A stretch of DNA of 53,133 nt from a virus. Its lineage: Duplodnaviria > Caudoviricetes. The notes beneath the pieces are model-generated. The model was not told the DNA's origin and did no database searches. It saw only the letters and a list, made by a program, of their open reading frames with translations. Location of the stretch: the IMG/VR virus record IMGVR_UViG_3300032116_000282, positions 1-53,133 of that record, one strand, 5' to 3'. The translations under genes were made by a program, and so were the position numbers. Positions 34,202 through 44,716 of the stretch are shown here, piece by piece (the first letter of the stretch is position 1; each line of letters opens with the position of its first letter).

Positions 34202-36375
34202 CGTTTGTAGTGGGTTGTCATGTTAAGTCGTTTGAACTCTTTGGTGGTACGGAGGGTACAACCACATTTAAATAAGAGTGCCAAACAACCTACCATGTTG
34301 TCAAAGTATTCGTTGTCGTGTACGTTACGGGTTTTAGCCCATTCGGTTACTACACGGTTGTCTTTGATATTGATTTTCTGTTCTGGATCTTCGGAAATCA
34401 AATGATCTACGAGGAGACTGTGCTCCCCCTGATTTTCTGGGAGGAACAGTTTGATGCTACCGATGGTTCCTGGTCTTGCAATGAATCCTCTGTGGCATAG
34501 GGTTTTAAGATTGTTTGTGTCCATCTTGAGTGTTGGGATAACTCGGTCAGCAGATGGAGTTGTAAAACAGTGAAAGTGAAGTTCACGGTCGGAGTTGGTT
34601 TGTTCCATCATTGGTCGGTCTTTAACTCCATAGAACAAACCTTGTGCAGCTATTGTGAGTGATCTTTGGGAACATTCACGAATAGCTCGGATTACGTGGT
34701 CTGTTTGCCAGTTAGAGTCAAATGCAATCCAACGATGAAGAAGTTCAGCTCCATCTTCACGGACATACTTTGTATGACCGAGAGCATCTGCTAGTTCGAT
34801 AACTGCTTGGTATACTTGTTCACTAATATCCTCGGGTGGAATATCGTGATAGTATTTCCACATGGGGTTGTACAGGTCTTTCTTTTTCCACGTTGTTCCA
34901 GGTTGTTGAGGGAATGTTCCGTAGTCAATGATATATGGTCGCAGAACTGTATCTGAGGCCATTGTCATATATGTGAGGATTTCTTGGTTACAGTCAACGT
35001 GAGTTACAATGTACTTACAATCGGCTGGCACCTTTCTCCTGGGGAGATGGGACTTACGGGATAGGATCATTTCAGGTGTTGCTTTGAGGATCTCATCTTC
35101 TTCTCGGAGTATGTCAATCTTACATTGGCATTCATAGTTGAAGGCTTCCTCACCTTCTTCGTAGTAGAACACCATTGCGTGGTGGACTGCCGAGAGTTCG
35201 ATTGGATCATCTGTGTCCCATTCGTATGCCCATTCCCATGTTGCGTGAGCACCTTCATGGAGAGCATCATAGTTAGCTCTCACAAATGCTGCTGCACGAC
35301 GTTGTGCTTTGTCTCGATCTCCTTCTTTGTGCTTGTCGAAGTTTAATAGGATACCTGCAAATTCATCCCAAAGATCCATGTTCTTAGGCATAGATTTCAT
35401 CATAGGGTAGCTAGCTACTTCCCACGATGGTTCGTTGAGCATGAAGTGTGTGGCTACGTCACCTAGACGGTTAGGTGTAATAGTCATAACTGCTCGGATT
35501 TTCTTGGCGTGGCTACCACCAAACATAGCTCCACGTTTTACTGTTCGGATGATCTTCTGACAAACTGTTGGGCTTTCAGCATCTCGGTCGGTCTGGAGAT
35601 CGTCAAGAAGAATAAAGTCAGGACGCATGACTTTACCGGCTTCTTCACCATACCGAATTCGTTTAGAAATACCGCGAAGATTGTCTTTGGTACGAACAAG
35701 AATAATAGCTCCTGACGACGGTTCTCCTGGGAGAGAGGGGAACGTGATGGAGTCATTATTCCAAGCAATACCAGATGGTTCTCCGTTGACTGTTTGTCTT
35801 GCTGCTTTGTGAGGTTTTCCTTCCGTGTGTTCAAAGCATGCGAATACGTTAGGGTAGTAAGTGTGGAGATGGCTGTTGGAGATCAGTTCTGTTTTAAGTT
35901 GATCCATGATGTCTTGTGATTTGTCTAGAGCAGACGAAACTACAAGAGCAAAACGGATACGACCTTCGAGAATTCCGAGTAGTAGTTGGTTGATTGCTCG
36001 GCTTGTTTTAGCAAATCCTCGTGGTTCTGCTTGAACAAGTTTACCTCGACCCTGAACGATGGACTGGAATCGACGAATTGCCATCTGTTGTTCTGGACCA
36101 AAGTCTTTTTGCCCGGTACTAGCAGGAAAGACAAGTTTGTGGGCATCAACATAATCTTCCATCAATTCTCTACGAAGTTCAACTAGTTCTGGTGTGATTT
36201 CCAGATCTAGTTTCAGATCGTATATCAGAGATGTATATTTATTTGTTTGTTGGTTAACTTGTCTATCCCGATTAGCTCTTAGTTTTATTGCTAGAGCTAC
36301 TTCATCGGGAGACATTCGTGTTGGTATATCCGAATCGTCATCGAATTCACCAAACAGATCAATCTTTTTAGCCAT
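34198..36375 (-). CDS. terL: Terminase large subunit
   Basis: Walker A-like EPRGFAKTS, Walker B ILLDDLQ, C-terminal nuclease acidic residues (THVD, DNEYFD). Confidence 0.85.
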   Translation of the reverse strand: MAKKIDLFGEFDDDSDIPTRMSPDEVALAIKLRANRDRQVNQQTNKYTSLIYDLKLDLEITPELVELRRELMEDYVDAHKLVFPASTGQKDFGPEQQMAIRRFQSIVQGRGKLVQAEPRGFAKTSRAINQLLLGILEGRIRFALVVSSALDKSQDIMDQLKTELISNSHLHTYYPNVFACFEHTEGKPHKAARQTVNGEPSGIAWNNDSITFPSLPGEPSSGAIILVRTKDNLRGISKRIRYGEEAGKVMRPDFILLDDLQTDRDAESPTVCQKIIRTVKRGAMFGGSHAKKIRAVMTITPNRLGDVATHFMLNEPSWEVASYPMMKSMPKNMDLWDEFAGILLNFDKHKEGDRDKAQRRAAAFVRANYDALHEGAHATWEWAYEWDTDDPIELSAVHHAMVFYYEEGEEAFNYECQCKIDILREEDEILKATPEMILSRKSHLPRRKVPADCKYIVTHVDCNQEILTYMTMASDTVLRPYIIDYGTFPQQPGTTWKKKDLYNPMWKYYHDIPPEDISEQVYQAVIELADALGHTKYVREDGAELLHRWIAFDSNWQTDHVIRAIRECSQRSLTIAAQGLFYGVKDRPMMEQTNSDRELHFHCFTTPSADRVIPTLKMDTNNLKTLCHRGFIARPGTIGSIKLFLPENQGEHSLLVDHLISEDPEQKINIKDNRVVTEWAKTRNVHDNEYFDNMVGCLALLFKCGCTLRTTKEFKRLNMTTHYKR

Positions 36376-36378
36376 CGA

Positions 36379-38406
36379 CTACGCAAATCCTATGTGTTCG
36401 AGACCTTCTCGGAGTGAGTCGATTAGTTGGAACTTGAGTACATGTCTACCAACACCAGTCGAGGATTGTTTGTATCCGTTGACAAGTTGGAGGGCAATCA
36501 AGTCTTGTAGTTCTCGGTTGACTCGTTCCATTGATTGTTCTGTAGCTGTTACTATTTCATCTCGGGAATGAGGTTCATTCATAATAACTCTACAGATTTT
36601 CATTCTAGGAGAATGGTAGTCAATGATGTCCCGAACTACTTTAGCAACAAGTTGGTGTACAAGTTCGTTGGGTCTATCGATCCCGAGTACAACTGGAGCA
36701 CACATATAGAGCTTTGTGAGTTGTCCAATCAAACGAGCTGGTACTTCGATAACTGGTTCGAATGTAATTTCTCGTTGACCAAACTTCTCACGGTCTACTT
36801 TAGTACGAAGTGTTGCTGCAAGTCTAGCCCAGGTTCGAATGTTGGTTTGTTCTCGAAGTCCTAGTTGGATGTTGTTAGGTCGTTGCATCAAGTGTTCGAT
36901 AAAACCTTTGGCTGCTGATACGACCGGCATTTCTGGGGGGAGAGTTGATGGGTTGATAGCTACCATCATAGATCGTTGTAACATACGTTCTTCGATACAC
37001 TCTCGGTCACGTTCGGAGATGTCCAATTCAAAGTCCAGGTATCGTTCACCAAGGAATGACTGATCGGATCTACGGAGGACTTGGGTTCCGCAGAGGATCA
37101 TAGTTGATCGGATGTTCTTGTAATCGAAGGCAACCATGTTCTTGAAGAACGTAGAACTGTCTTTATCGTAGAAATCTCGGAGTTCTGAGAAGATCTTTTC
37201 GATGTTAGGTTGACGAAGCAAAGCATCGGCGTCTTTAACAATCAGAGTCTTTCCAGCAATGAGTGGAATGAGAGATGCGTCTTGACCAGCATCATCTTTC
37301 CATCCAGAGAATAGACCAGTGAAGGTTGACTTGACGACTACTTGATCTGAACCTGATACACATTTGGCAATGGTGGTTTTTCCTGAGGAGGGAGCACCGA
37401 TGAGGCGTACCCAAATCTGTTCACCTTCTATTCGTACTGAATAGATGGAAGAGAGAACGAGGAGTAGTCCCATCTTCATTGGGGTAGTCGTGTGATAGAC
37501 TTGTTCGTATCTGGACATCAGATCTTCGAAAGTAGTACAAGTCTTGTCAGCAGGAATTGTGTCTACGGTCGTCTTGACGACCACCGTATTTTCTGGGGAT
37601 GTATATGGTTGTATCCAGTCTTTGATACGACCGTATGCTGCCCTACCGTATTCCCTGTAACAATCGTTGAGATCGTATCCCTCGTCTTTCTGTTCAGGCC
37701 AACGAAGAATGGAGATCGATTTGGGTTTGTACTGTGATTTAGCAATGTGCTTCAGAATCACATTCTCATAACCAGCACGACCGGAATTGTCATTGTCGTA
37801 TGCAAAGATGATGTTCTTTTCGGATAGAAGTTCACACCATGTGTCTTTCCATACTCCAGCTCCAGGTACAGCGATTGGGGTTATGGGTTGACTACCGATG
37901 ATAGCCCTAGCAGCAAGACGGTCCCAGTGTCCTTCTGCAATGAGGATCGTATCTTCGGTAGTTTCATCCCAGTTCATGAGGGTGTGTTCCATCGTGGGGG
38001 AAGCCATGATGATCCACTTGTCGTGCCATTCGTGGGTGGTCTTGTCTTGCTTCTTTGTTTGCACAACTTTATAGATGTTCTGCAAACGGTTGTGTTTGAA
38101 AGTGGGGATCAAGTATGTGCCGTTGAGAGGGTTGTACTTGAGTCCACATTCTTGTACACAAGAAAGTGGGAGGTCACGTAGATTGGATATGAACTTGCTG
38201 GTTTGTGTTACGTTATCGAATTGTTCGTAGAGCATTCGAAGGAACATAACAGGATTACCGCTTTTCATGCAGACCTTGCAGTCCCACATGAAGTTCTCTG
38301 CGTTATAGAAAAAGTGTTTCTCCTTTTCACAGAATGGGCAATCTGTGATATACTGGTTTCCGTGCTGTTGAGGGTGGACTCCAGTATGAAATTCGAATAT
38401 GTGCAT
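36379..38406 (-). CDS. Primase-helicase (Zn finger, Toprim, AAA+ ATPase)
   Basis: CPFC..CKVC; IAEGHWD; AYDND; GAPSSGKT. Confidence 0.88.
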   Translation of the reverse strand: MHIFEFHTGVHPQQHGNQYITDCPFCEKEKHFFYNAENFMWDCKVCMKSGNPVMFLRMLYEQFDNVTQTSKFISNLRDLPLSCVQECGLKYNPLNGTYLIPTFKHNRLQNIYKVVQTKKQDKTTHEWHDKWIIMASPTMEHTLMNWDETTEDTILIAEGHWDRLAARAIIGSQPITPIAVPGAGVWKDTWCELLSEKNIIFAYDNDNSGRAGYENVILKHIAKSQYKPKSISILRWPEQKDEGYDLNDCYREYGRAAYGRIKDWIQPYTSPENTVVVKTTVDTIPADKTCTTFEDLMSRYEQVYHTTTPMKMGLLLVLSSIYSVRIEGEQIWVRLIGAPSSGKTTIAKCVSGSDQVVVKSTFTGLFSGWKDDAGQDASLIPLIAGKTLIVKDADALLRQPNIEKIFSELRDFYDKDSSTFFKNMVAFDYKNIRSTMILCGTQVLRRSDQSFLGERYLDFELDISERDRECIEERMLQRSMMVAINPSTLPPEMPVVSAAKGFIEHLMQRPNNIQLGLREQTNIRTWARLAATLRTKVDREKFGQREITFEPVIEVPARLIGQLTKLYMCAPVVLGIDRPNELVHQLVAKVVRDIIDYHSPRMKICRVIMNEPHSRDEIVTATEQSMERVNRELQDLIALQLVNGYKQSSTGVGRHVLKFQLIDSLREGLEHIGFA

Positions 38407-38660
38407 CAGTACAGGTCTTTCTTTCGAATGATATTACTAGCATAGTTCATGATCGTCGCCACATCTTCCTGGGTGGGATGGTTCATGATTTCATCGATAA
38501 AGTCTATTACTCCCAATATTACTTCTACGTCCGGTGATGGAGGAAAGTTAGGGTCAAGGTTGGGATAAACTTTAAGGTAGTGCTTGAGATTATTGGATAT
38601 TTCGAGAAGGTTTGCTTTGAGCAAAATAACCTTCTCTTTAAGTGTAACAGGTTGTGGCAT
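38406..38660 (-). CDS. Hypothetical protein
   Basis: 84 aa; stop overlaps the primase start. Confidence 0.6.
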   Translation of the reverse strand: MPQPVTLKEKVILLKANLLEISNNLKHYLKVYPNLDPNFPPSPDVEVILGVIDFIDEIMNHPTQEDVATIMNYASNIIRKKDLY

Positions 38661-38757
38661 TATACTAGTTTTTGTCCTCGTTTACCATGTAGGTATCCAA
38701 TAAGATACATACAGAGATGAGTAAGTAAAAGTCCTGCAATAAATAAAAAGAAGTCGT

Positions 38758-40653
38758 TCATTTTGATGCCAGTATATCTTGGATGATCCAGTTGGTTTCG
38801 TCGGAGGGGTGATAGAGGAGTTCCCAGGTAACATCACAGGATGGGATGAATCGTTTACAAGCTCGAATAATAGCTGCACACTTGGCGTCGATTATCCTGG
38901 GGAGTGATGTTGTGAGTGGTACTTCGGTGTCAAGACTGTCATGGACTTGTGAGTTCATCTGACAGTTGAACTTGATGTAGTTTGGGTCGTGTTTCCATTC
39001 GATCATAGAAACTGTCATAAGCCATCCAGCACTACCTTGAACGAAGTAGTTACATGCTTTGAATGGTTCGTCTGCTGGAACGTCGAGACGATAACCTCCA
39101 AGAGTATGAACAGCGTATACGTTGTAGCGTTTGTATACTTCGTTAGCAAGTTGGACCCGAGAAGTCATGAACTCTTTGATTCCCGGAAATCGACGGTCAA
39201 TGAGTGCACAATAATTCTTGGTAGGGTTCTTTCCCCCGTGGTAGGTTTCGTTGGTCTTATGATCTGTAGCACCATAGATGCGTGCAAAGTTACCGTTTTT
39301 GACGTGTCCGTATTTGACGAGTGCTTTTTGTTCAAGTTCCGAATGTAATCGTTTGGACTTAGATTTAGCGGTAACATAGTGTGGATAGAGTTGGGGGAAA
39401 ATGGTTTCCATGATCATTGCGTGAACGGACTTGCCGGATTCAAATGCCGCAATAAGTTCGGGATTGTTGACTGAGTATGCCCAGATACGCAGTTCTATAT
39501 TGACCATGTCGGTGGAAATCCACACCATTCCTGGTGGGGGACCGAATAGAGTCTTGAGTAACTTGTCAACGTTCTGGTCGTTGGGGTTGGAGGAGGACTG
39601 TCTGGTTTCTCGTGTACCTGTAATGTTGAGGAAGGAATGGGTTCGATGGTTTTCGTCAATCCAGTTGAGGTATCCTGTAATGTCAGATACATGCTTCATC
39701 TTCTTCTTGTACTGGGAGAGTTCGATGAGTGCTGGGTTCTTGGATTCATCGGAGTATGCAGCAATGGCGTGTTTGTCCATTGCTGGCGTAGTTTTGTCAA
39801 CGGTTGTATGAAACTGTACGGGAATCTTACAACGATTGTGGATGAGATCGATAAGATGAGCACGGTTGTTGGGGTCGAAGCGGTAGGTAATACCTGCATA
39901 TGTTTTCATCTGTTGTCGATGAATTTCCATTTCTTCTGTGTATTGCTGGACTAACTTCTTAGCATCTTCTACATAGAAGTTCTTTCCGGTGGTTTGAATG
40001 TCGTATGCAATCTTTAGAAGTTCTTTGCGTACTCGATAAGGTTCCAGAAGATTATCGTATAGCAGTGAATGCTTGAATACTTCCCATAATAGAAAAGTAC
40101 GACGAGCATCATGAGCACCGTAATCTTCACACTCATCTGGAGCAAGCCAGTAATCCATCTTCCAAAACTCAGTACCATTCTTACGGATTCCTGGGAAGTG
40201 GGGATGTCCTGCTTTGGCTACAGCATATCCTTTGGCACGTCCTTCTCGTACACGTTCTTTGACAATGGCTGCAAGACGGTGTTCATCGTCATCCCAGTAG
40301 TCAAGGTATTTGATTGCTAGATCTTTAAGACCGTGAACATCTCCAGAACAAATACAGTGGGACGCTAGGAGAGTATCTTCTAGTTTATCCCAGAAAAGTT
40401 CTGTTGGAATTCCGATAGTGGATAATGCACGAATGTCGAAGTTGGCATTGTGCATTACAATCTTCTGGGCTGATTTGATGGTAGATATGAATAAATCAAT
40501 CTCATCATCATCCCAGTAAACTTCTCTGGTATGTGGATTAACTTCCCCACGCCAAGAGTAGTCGTACTTACCGTCACAAGCTGTAATGAGGAATGGTTTA
40601 CAACCGTGAAAGAAGTCGATGCCTGTGGTCTCAGTATCAACTGCTAGGATCAT
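38758..40653 (-). CDS. polA: Family A DNA polymerase with 3'-5' exonuclease domain
   Basis: ExoI DTETTG, ExoII HNANFD, motif A DMVNIELR, motif B K.GNFARIYG, VQGSA, motif C QVHDS. Confidence 0.95.
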   Translation of the reverse strand: MILAVDTETTGIDFFHGCKPFLITACDGKYDYSWRGEVNPHTREVYWDDDEIDLFISTIKSAQKIVMHNANFDIRALSTIGIPTELFWDKLEDTLLASHCICSGDVHGLKDLAIKYLDYWDDDEHRLAAIVKERVREGRAKGYAVAKAGHPHFPGIRKNGTEFWKMDYWLAPDECEDYGAHDARRTFLLWEVFKHSLLYDNLLEPYRVRKELLKIAYDIQTTGKNFYVEDAKKLVQQYTEEMEIHRQQMKTYAGITYRFDPNNRAHLIDLIHNRCKIPVQFHTTVDKTTPAMDKHAIAAYSDESKNPALIELSQYKKKMKHVSDITGYLNWIDENHRTHSFLNITGTRETRQSSSNPNDQNVDKLLKTLFGPPPGMVWISTDMVNIELRIWAYSVNNPELIAAFESGKSVHAMIMETIFPQLYPHYVTAKSKSKRLHSELEQKALVKYGHVKNGNFARIYGATDHKTNETYHGGKNPTKNYCALIDRRFPGIKEFMTSRVQLANEVYKRYNVYAVHTLGGYRLDVPADEPFKACNYFVQGSAGWLMTVSMIEWKHDPNYIKFNCQMNSQVHDSLDTEVPLTTSLPRIIDAKCAAIIRACKRFIPSCDVTWELLYHPSDETNWIIQDILASK

Positions 40654-40655
40654 AA

Positions 40656-40838
40656 TTATATAAGCTCAAGGAGTTTTTGAATGAAACTGTCAGGATCAAT
40701 GACAGAGTAAGTGATTGGAGTATAATCATCTTCATCCATAGGTACAGCAATTTCCATAGTGGATGCTTTGACACATTCGATGATTTCTCGAATGAGTTCT
40801 TGTTTTTCTTCAGCACTCATTTTTCTGTTTCCCTGCAT
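40656..40838 (-). CDS. Hypothetical protein
   Basis: Small ORF in the operon. Confidence 0.5.
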   Translation of the reverse strand: MQGNRKMSAEEKQELIREIIECVKASTMEIAVPMDEDDYTPITYSVIDPDSFIQKLLELI

Positions 40839-41188
40839 GCGGCTTTACATGCAGCTTTCCATTCTTCTAGGTTCTTACGTTGTTTCGGTCGAAAATCTGG
40901 GTCCATAAGTTTGAATTTAACGCTAATGGGCCTTTCAAATCGGTTGTTGATTTTTTTGGTAAGTCCGGTTGGTTTCCTGGGGAAGGTGCGTTTGGCTGTG
41001 GTTTCATTTGAGTAGATGAAGATTGCTGTGACAGAGAATAGTCCTGTGTCGTTGTCATGTTCAGATGGGAGTACTTTATGATAGGTTTGCTTCTTTGATC
41101 CAAGTGCAATGTCAATGAGTCTAGACAGTGGGTCCATGATCGGGAGTTGCTTCCGGTGCATAGTAGGGGTTAAAGATGTTGTCATCAC
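40817..41188 (-). CDS. Hypothetical basic protein
   Basis: ORF in the operon; start uncertain. Confidence 0.5.
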   Translation of the reverse strand: MMTTSLTPTMHRKQLPIMDPLSRLIDIALGSKKQTYHKVLPSEHDNDTGLFSVTAIFIYSNETTAKRTFPRKPTGLTKKINNRFERPISVKFKLMDPDFRPKQRKNLEEWKAACKAACRETEK

Positions 41189-41708
41189 AAAATTCGTTAA
41201 GTTTAGTGACTAAGTAACTAAAGCACTTGGGTGCTGTTAGATACAGTTTTGCTAATCCAGTACCATAACCATTGGCTGAAAGAGCAATTGGATGTTCTTT
41301 ATTGAGTTCATAAAGATTTTGCATATCGTGATTGACTAGATTACGATAGTGAATATAGTCTCTGTCGGTAAAGAACGAACTTGGGATGTTCTTGGGTCGT
41401 TTCTTTGTTCTGATACCGAAACTGTTTTCACAGTTACGGATGATTGCTTGACCACCGGTCCCTTCTCGTTCAATGTTGTCACTGAATACAAACACTCGTT
41501 CTGGAAATCTGTTACAGAGAACTATGGAAAAGTCTACTGTAACTAGATAGATTTGTGAATTACGTTTGTATTCTGAACTGGTTCGGAACAGTAAGTTAAA
41601 CTGTTCCTGGGGAGGAGGAATTAGTAGTATCTGGTTCTTGGGATATGTCATGTAAGTATGATGGGATTCCTTAAACTGGTTGTGACGACTTGTCAAAGTA
41701 TAATACAA
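41121..41708 (-). CDS. Phage protein with FVFxDN..GxGGQA..GIxTK motif (possibly macrodomain-like)
   Basis: VFVFSDN..GTGGQA.IR..NSFGIRTK..P and GYGTGLA motifs. Confidence 0.55.
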   Translation of the reverse strand: MYYTLTSRHNQFKESHHTYMTYPKNQILLIPPPQEQFNLLFRTSSEYKRNSQIYLVTVDFSIVLCNRFPERVFVFSDNIEREGTGGQAIIRNCENSFGIRTKKRPKNIPSSFFTDRDYIHYRNLVNHDMQNLYELNKEHPIALSANGYGTGLAKLYLTAPKCFSYLVTKLNEFCDDNIFNPYYAPEATPDHGPTV

Positions 41709-41833
41709 TAAAGGATCGGGCAGGAATTACACCTGCTAGCCCACGGTATAGAGCACCATACCCGCTATGTACCCTTGATAAGAGGGCCGTTGGTTATGTG
41801 TCGTTGTCCACATCGCCGATCCTGTAACAAACG

Positions 41834-42184
41834 TTACCGACAACAGCCGAGTCGACGAACCAACGAACGAACTGGACGTACTACGAAAGTACGAACAGGT
41901 GTTCGACGGACGGAGACAACAGGTGATGCTGCTGCCGTGGAAGATCCACAAGTGCAATTTGCACAAGTGCAGTCTGCTGCGGTTGCAACCATCGCCATAC
42001 GAACTGGTGCAGTAGCTACACGTGCTACGGCAACCGCTGCTGAACGGAGTGGTGTACATACTCCGTTAGCACAAGCTGGAGATTGATCCGAAACAAGAAT
42101 CCCTTGTTCGGACATATAAACTCCAGCCGACAAATTGGCTGCAAACAATGCAACCATGCACAAACTAAACACAAAACCCTTCAT
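41834..42184 (-). CDS. Small secreted Cys/Arg-rich protein
   Basis: Sec signal peptide; CANGVC, CTCANCTC, repeated PVR, terminal GCCR; GGAG RBS. Confidence 0.75.
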   Translation of the reverse strand: MKGFVFSLCMVALFAANLSAGVYMSEQGILVSDQSPACANGVCTPLRSAAVAVARVATAPVRMAMVATAADCTCANCTCGSSTAAASPVVSVRRTPVRTFVVRPVRSLVRRLGCCR

Positions 42185-42252
42185 AGCATATACTCCTTGC
42201 TACGAGAAACGAAACAAACAACTAGCCGGTGGAATACCGTTAGGTGTTACAA

Positions 42253-43038
42253 CTATGAATCAAGGTTGGATGCCAGCGTGATCTTTTCCATCCCTGGGTT
42301 GTCGATACCCTTGAGATGAACCTTACCGGAGTCTGGGTAGACTTCCAGTACCTTGCACTTCTGTTCGAGGTAAAATACCTCGTCGCCTACCTTTGGCAAT
42401 CCTGGGGAGGATGCTACAGGTGCAGCTACTGGTGCTGGTGCTGGAGTCATGTCAACCGGTGCTGGTTTGGAAGTCACCGGTTTGTGGTGGGATGTGGAAG
42501 GTGGGTTCACATCGTCAGTCGCAGCAATGTGCGATTGGATTGGTGTGAGCTTGACTTCCTTCTGATCGTCCAGGGTGTTGTACTGGTTGTGTACAATCCC
42601 GAAGTGGAACGTCAGATCCTCTTTCGAGAGGAAATAGTCCCCAATCTCTGCTGGGCTTTCATGGTTCATTCGAACTTCCCGAGGGAGTCCGAGCTTTTCC
42701 ATGTCATCCAAGAAGATCTGGAACCGACCAGCCGCATCCATCTTGGCTGAATCCATGAACCACCACTGCTTCTTCACAGTCTTACCGGCGTGTTCCGAAT
42801 TGTCAATGACCTTGAGTTCCATCTCAATGAAGGGTGTACCTTCTTTGGTTGAACCGTCAGTCTGAACCTTGTCTTTCGACTTCGACAACTTGAATCCGGT
42901 CATGATGCAAGTCCCAGCAGCTCCGATTGGCAATGGAACGTTGTTGCCACGAGCTTCTGCTCGTTTCGCATCCTCAATCTTGGAATGGTTCTTACCGAGG
43001 AACGAAATGAACTCTGGTGAAACTTCTGACTTCTTCAT
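42253..43038 (-). CDS. Putative single-stranded DNA-binding protein
   Basis: Follows the Sak4-like ATPase; OB-like beta pattern, Pro/Ala linker, small C-terminal domain. Confidence 0.55.
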   Translation of the reverse strand: MKKSEVSPEFISFLGKNHSKIEDAKRAEARGNNVPLPIGAAGTCIMTGFKLSKSKDKVQTDGSTKEGTPFIEMELKVIDNSEHAGKTVKKQWWFMDSAKMDAAGRFQIFLDDMEKLGLPREVRMNHESPAEIGDYFLSKEDLTFHFGIVHNQYNTLDDQKEVKLTPIQSHIAATDDVNPPSTSHHKPVTSKPAPVDMTPAPAPVAAPVASSPGLPKVGDEVFYLEQKCKVLEVYPDSGKVHLKGIDNPGMEKITLASNLDS

Positions 43039-43183
43039 AACTAAATACCTAATAAAAAGAGGTTCCGGTGTTGATTAAATTATTAACCGGATATTCTCAA
43101 AACACAAACAGTGAGGGACTAACTATGTAACAAACAGAGTTAGACGGGAAATAGTAAAGTTGAGTAACAACTTTAGCTATGAG

Positions 43184-44017
43184 TTACACGCCAGCAGACT
43201 TTGTCACCTCCTTTCGATAGCCTTCTGGGAGAGCTTTGAATAAGTTGTTCCATGCTTCTTCTGGGTTTTTACCCATAGGAATAACTGGTGGCATGTTCCA
43301 ACGATTTTTGGCTTGATGTGCTGTGGAACTGGTGGTATAAAGAATCCTCTCTGAGAATTCTTTGGCTTTTCCTTCCATAGCTAAACGAGTTGAACGGTCT
43401 GCTTCTGTGACACGGGTAATGTCAACAGAAAGGTTGAGGAAGAATATGAACCCTGCCCAAGCTGTGAGTGTGGTTCTCATTCCTAGACCTTTTTCTCCGT
43501 CATCCAAATTGATAACGTGGCATAAATAATCTGGACCCATTGTATTTGGGAGACTAATTGTGCCGACATGACCAATAAAGATGACGTTAATCCCTTGGTC
43601 TGTTTTATAGGAACACAGATCAAGGTAATCTTGCAATACCGCTGGTGATTCCCTACGAGCACCGGCTGAGTAAGAATTGAAAGCGACTCGATCATTCTTG
43701 TAATAGGTCTGGCAGACGTAATCGAATATCTTGGACTGGAGACCCTTGGAACTGTCGATGAGCAGAGTACCAGATTGTACTTTCTTCGTTTCATCAACAA
43801 GTTGCTCAAAGGTCTTAATTCGCACATTCGTGCTATTCTCCGGAACTCCACCAACCATTTCGAGGTCATCGTACCCGGACTCCAGAATCGATTTACAATG
43901 AACCGGTCCCGGAAATCTAAGCCCCAAAGAGGTCTTACCCATACCTTCACGACCATAAATCACTCCACTTAAACCACGCATATTATTCTCTTCCAAAAAG
44001 GGCACAAGATAATTCAT
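43184..44017 (-). CDS. AAA_24 / Sak4-like recombination ATPase
   Basis: IYGREGMGKTS, LLIDS, FIGH and AKNR motifs. Confidence 0.85.
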   Translation of the reverse strand: MNYLVPFLEENNMRGLSGVIYGREGMGKTSLGLRFPGPVHCKSILESGYDDLEMVGGVPENSTNVRIKTFEQLVDETKKVQSGTLLIDSSKGLQSKIFDYVCQTYYKNDRVAFNSYSAGARRESPAVLQDYLDLCSYKTDQGINVIFIGHVGTISLPNTMGPDYLCHVINLDDGEKGLGMRTTLTAWAGFIFFLNLSVDITRVTEADRSTRLAMEGKAKEFSERILYTTSSTAHQAKNRWNMPPVIPMGKNPEEAWNNLFKALPEGYRKEVTKSAGV

Positions 44018-44071
44018 ATAAAGCTAATATGAATATCACTGAAAAAAGGGCATTGGGCCAAAAGTCTGGGT

Positions 44072-44716
44072 TCAGGATGTCACCGCATCTTTCTTTGCTG
44101 CTGAGTCTGCTGTATCGAAGGTTCCCTTTGGATAACGCTTCTTGAGTTTTTCGATGTTTTGTTGGATAACCAACATCAATGGTGAAGTCATGGGTTGGTC
44201 GTAGTAGATTACCGCAAGTTCTTTGAGAGCATGAACCATTTGTTCTACGGCTACGACCATCTTGTCTTGGCTGTATTCTTGTCGGTAGATCTCGAATCGT
44301 TTGATTTGATCAACCAGTGCTTCTGCTTTGACAGAAACGTTGCTCAAAACAGAATAGTTGGGATACTTCTTAGGTTCCTCGTATGCACCCTCAAGTGTAA
44401 TTCCTGGGAGGTCGTACAGGTTGATGATCATTTGCAGATAGTAGCAGAGATCACCTACTTCTTTCATTTCTGCTGATGTGTCTTGGAAAGGAGCAGATGA
44501 TTTTACTCCTTCAAGTTCGATTTGGTATTCAAGCATCTCTCCGGCAAATGCCATACCAACGTGGAGACGGTCAAGACGAAGGTTGAGTTCATCAACGAGT
44601 GAAACGTAATGATTGCCTAAGTCGTGAAGGTTCTGGAATGATGGAAGGGACTTGGTGTGATGAGCTGCTGATGCAAAAGTGGTGGTTACGAAATCGGAGT
44701 AGTTGAGAATGGCCAT
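44072..44716 (-). CDS. MazG-like nucleotide pyrophosphohydrolase
   Basis: AGEMLE..KEVGDLCYY and N.EKLKKRYP motifs. Confidence 0.75.
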   Translation of the reverse strand: MAILNYSDFVTTTFASAAHHTKSLPSFQNLHDLGNHYVSLVDELNLRLDRLHVGMAFAGEMLEYQIELEGVKSSAPFQDTSAEMKEVGDLCYYLQMIINLYDLPGITLEGAYEEPKKYPNYSVLSNVSVKAEALVDQIKRFEIYRQEYSQDKMVVAVEQMVHALKELAVIYYDQPMTSPLMLVIQQNIEKLKKRYPKGTFDTADSAAKKDAVTS

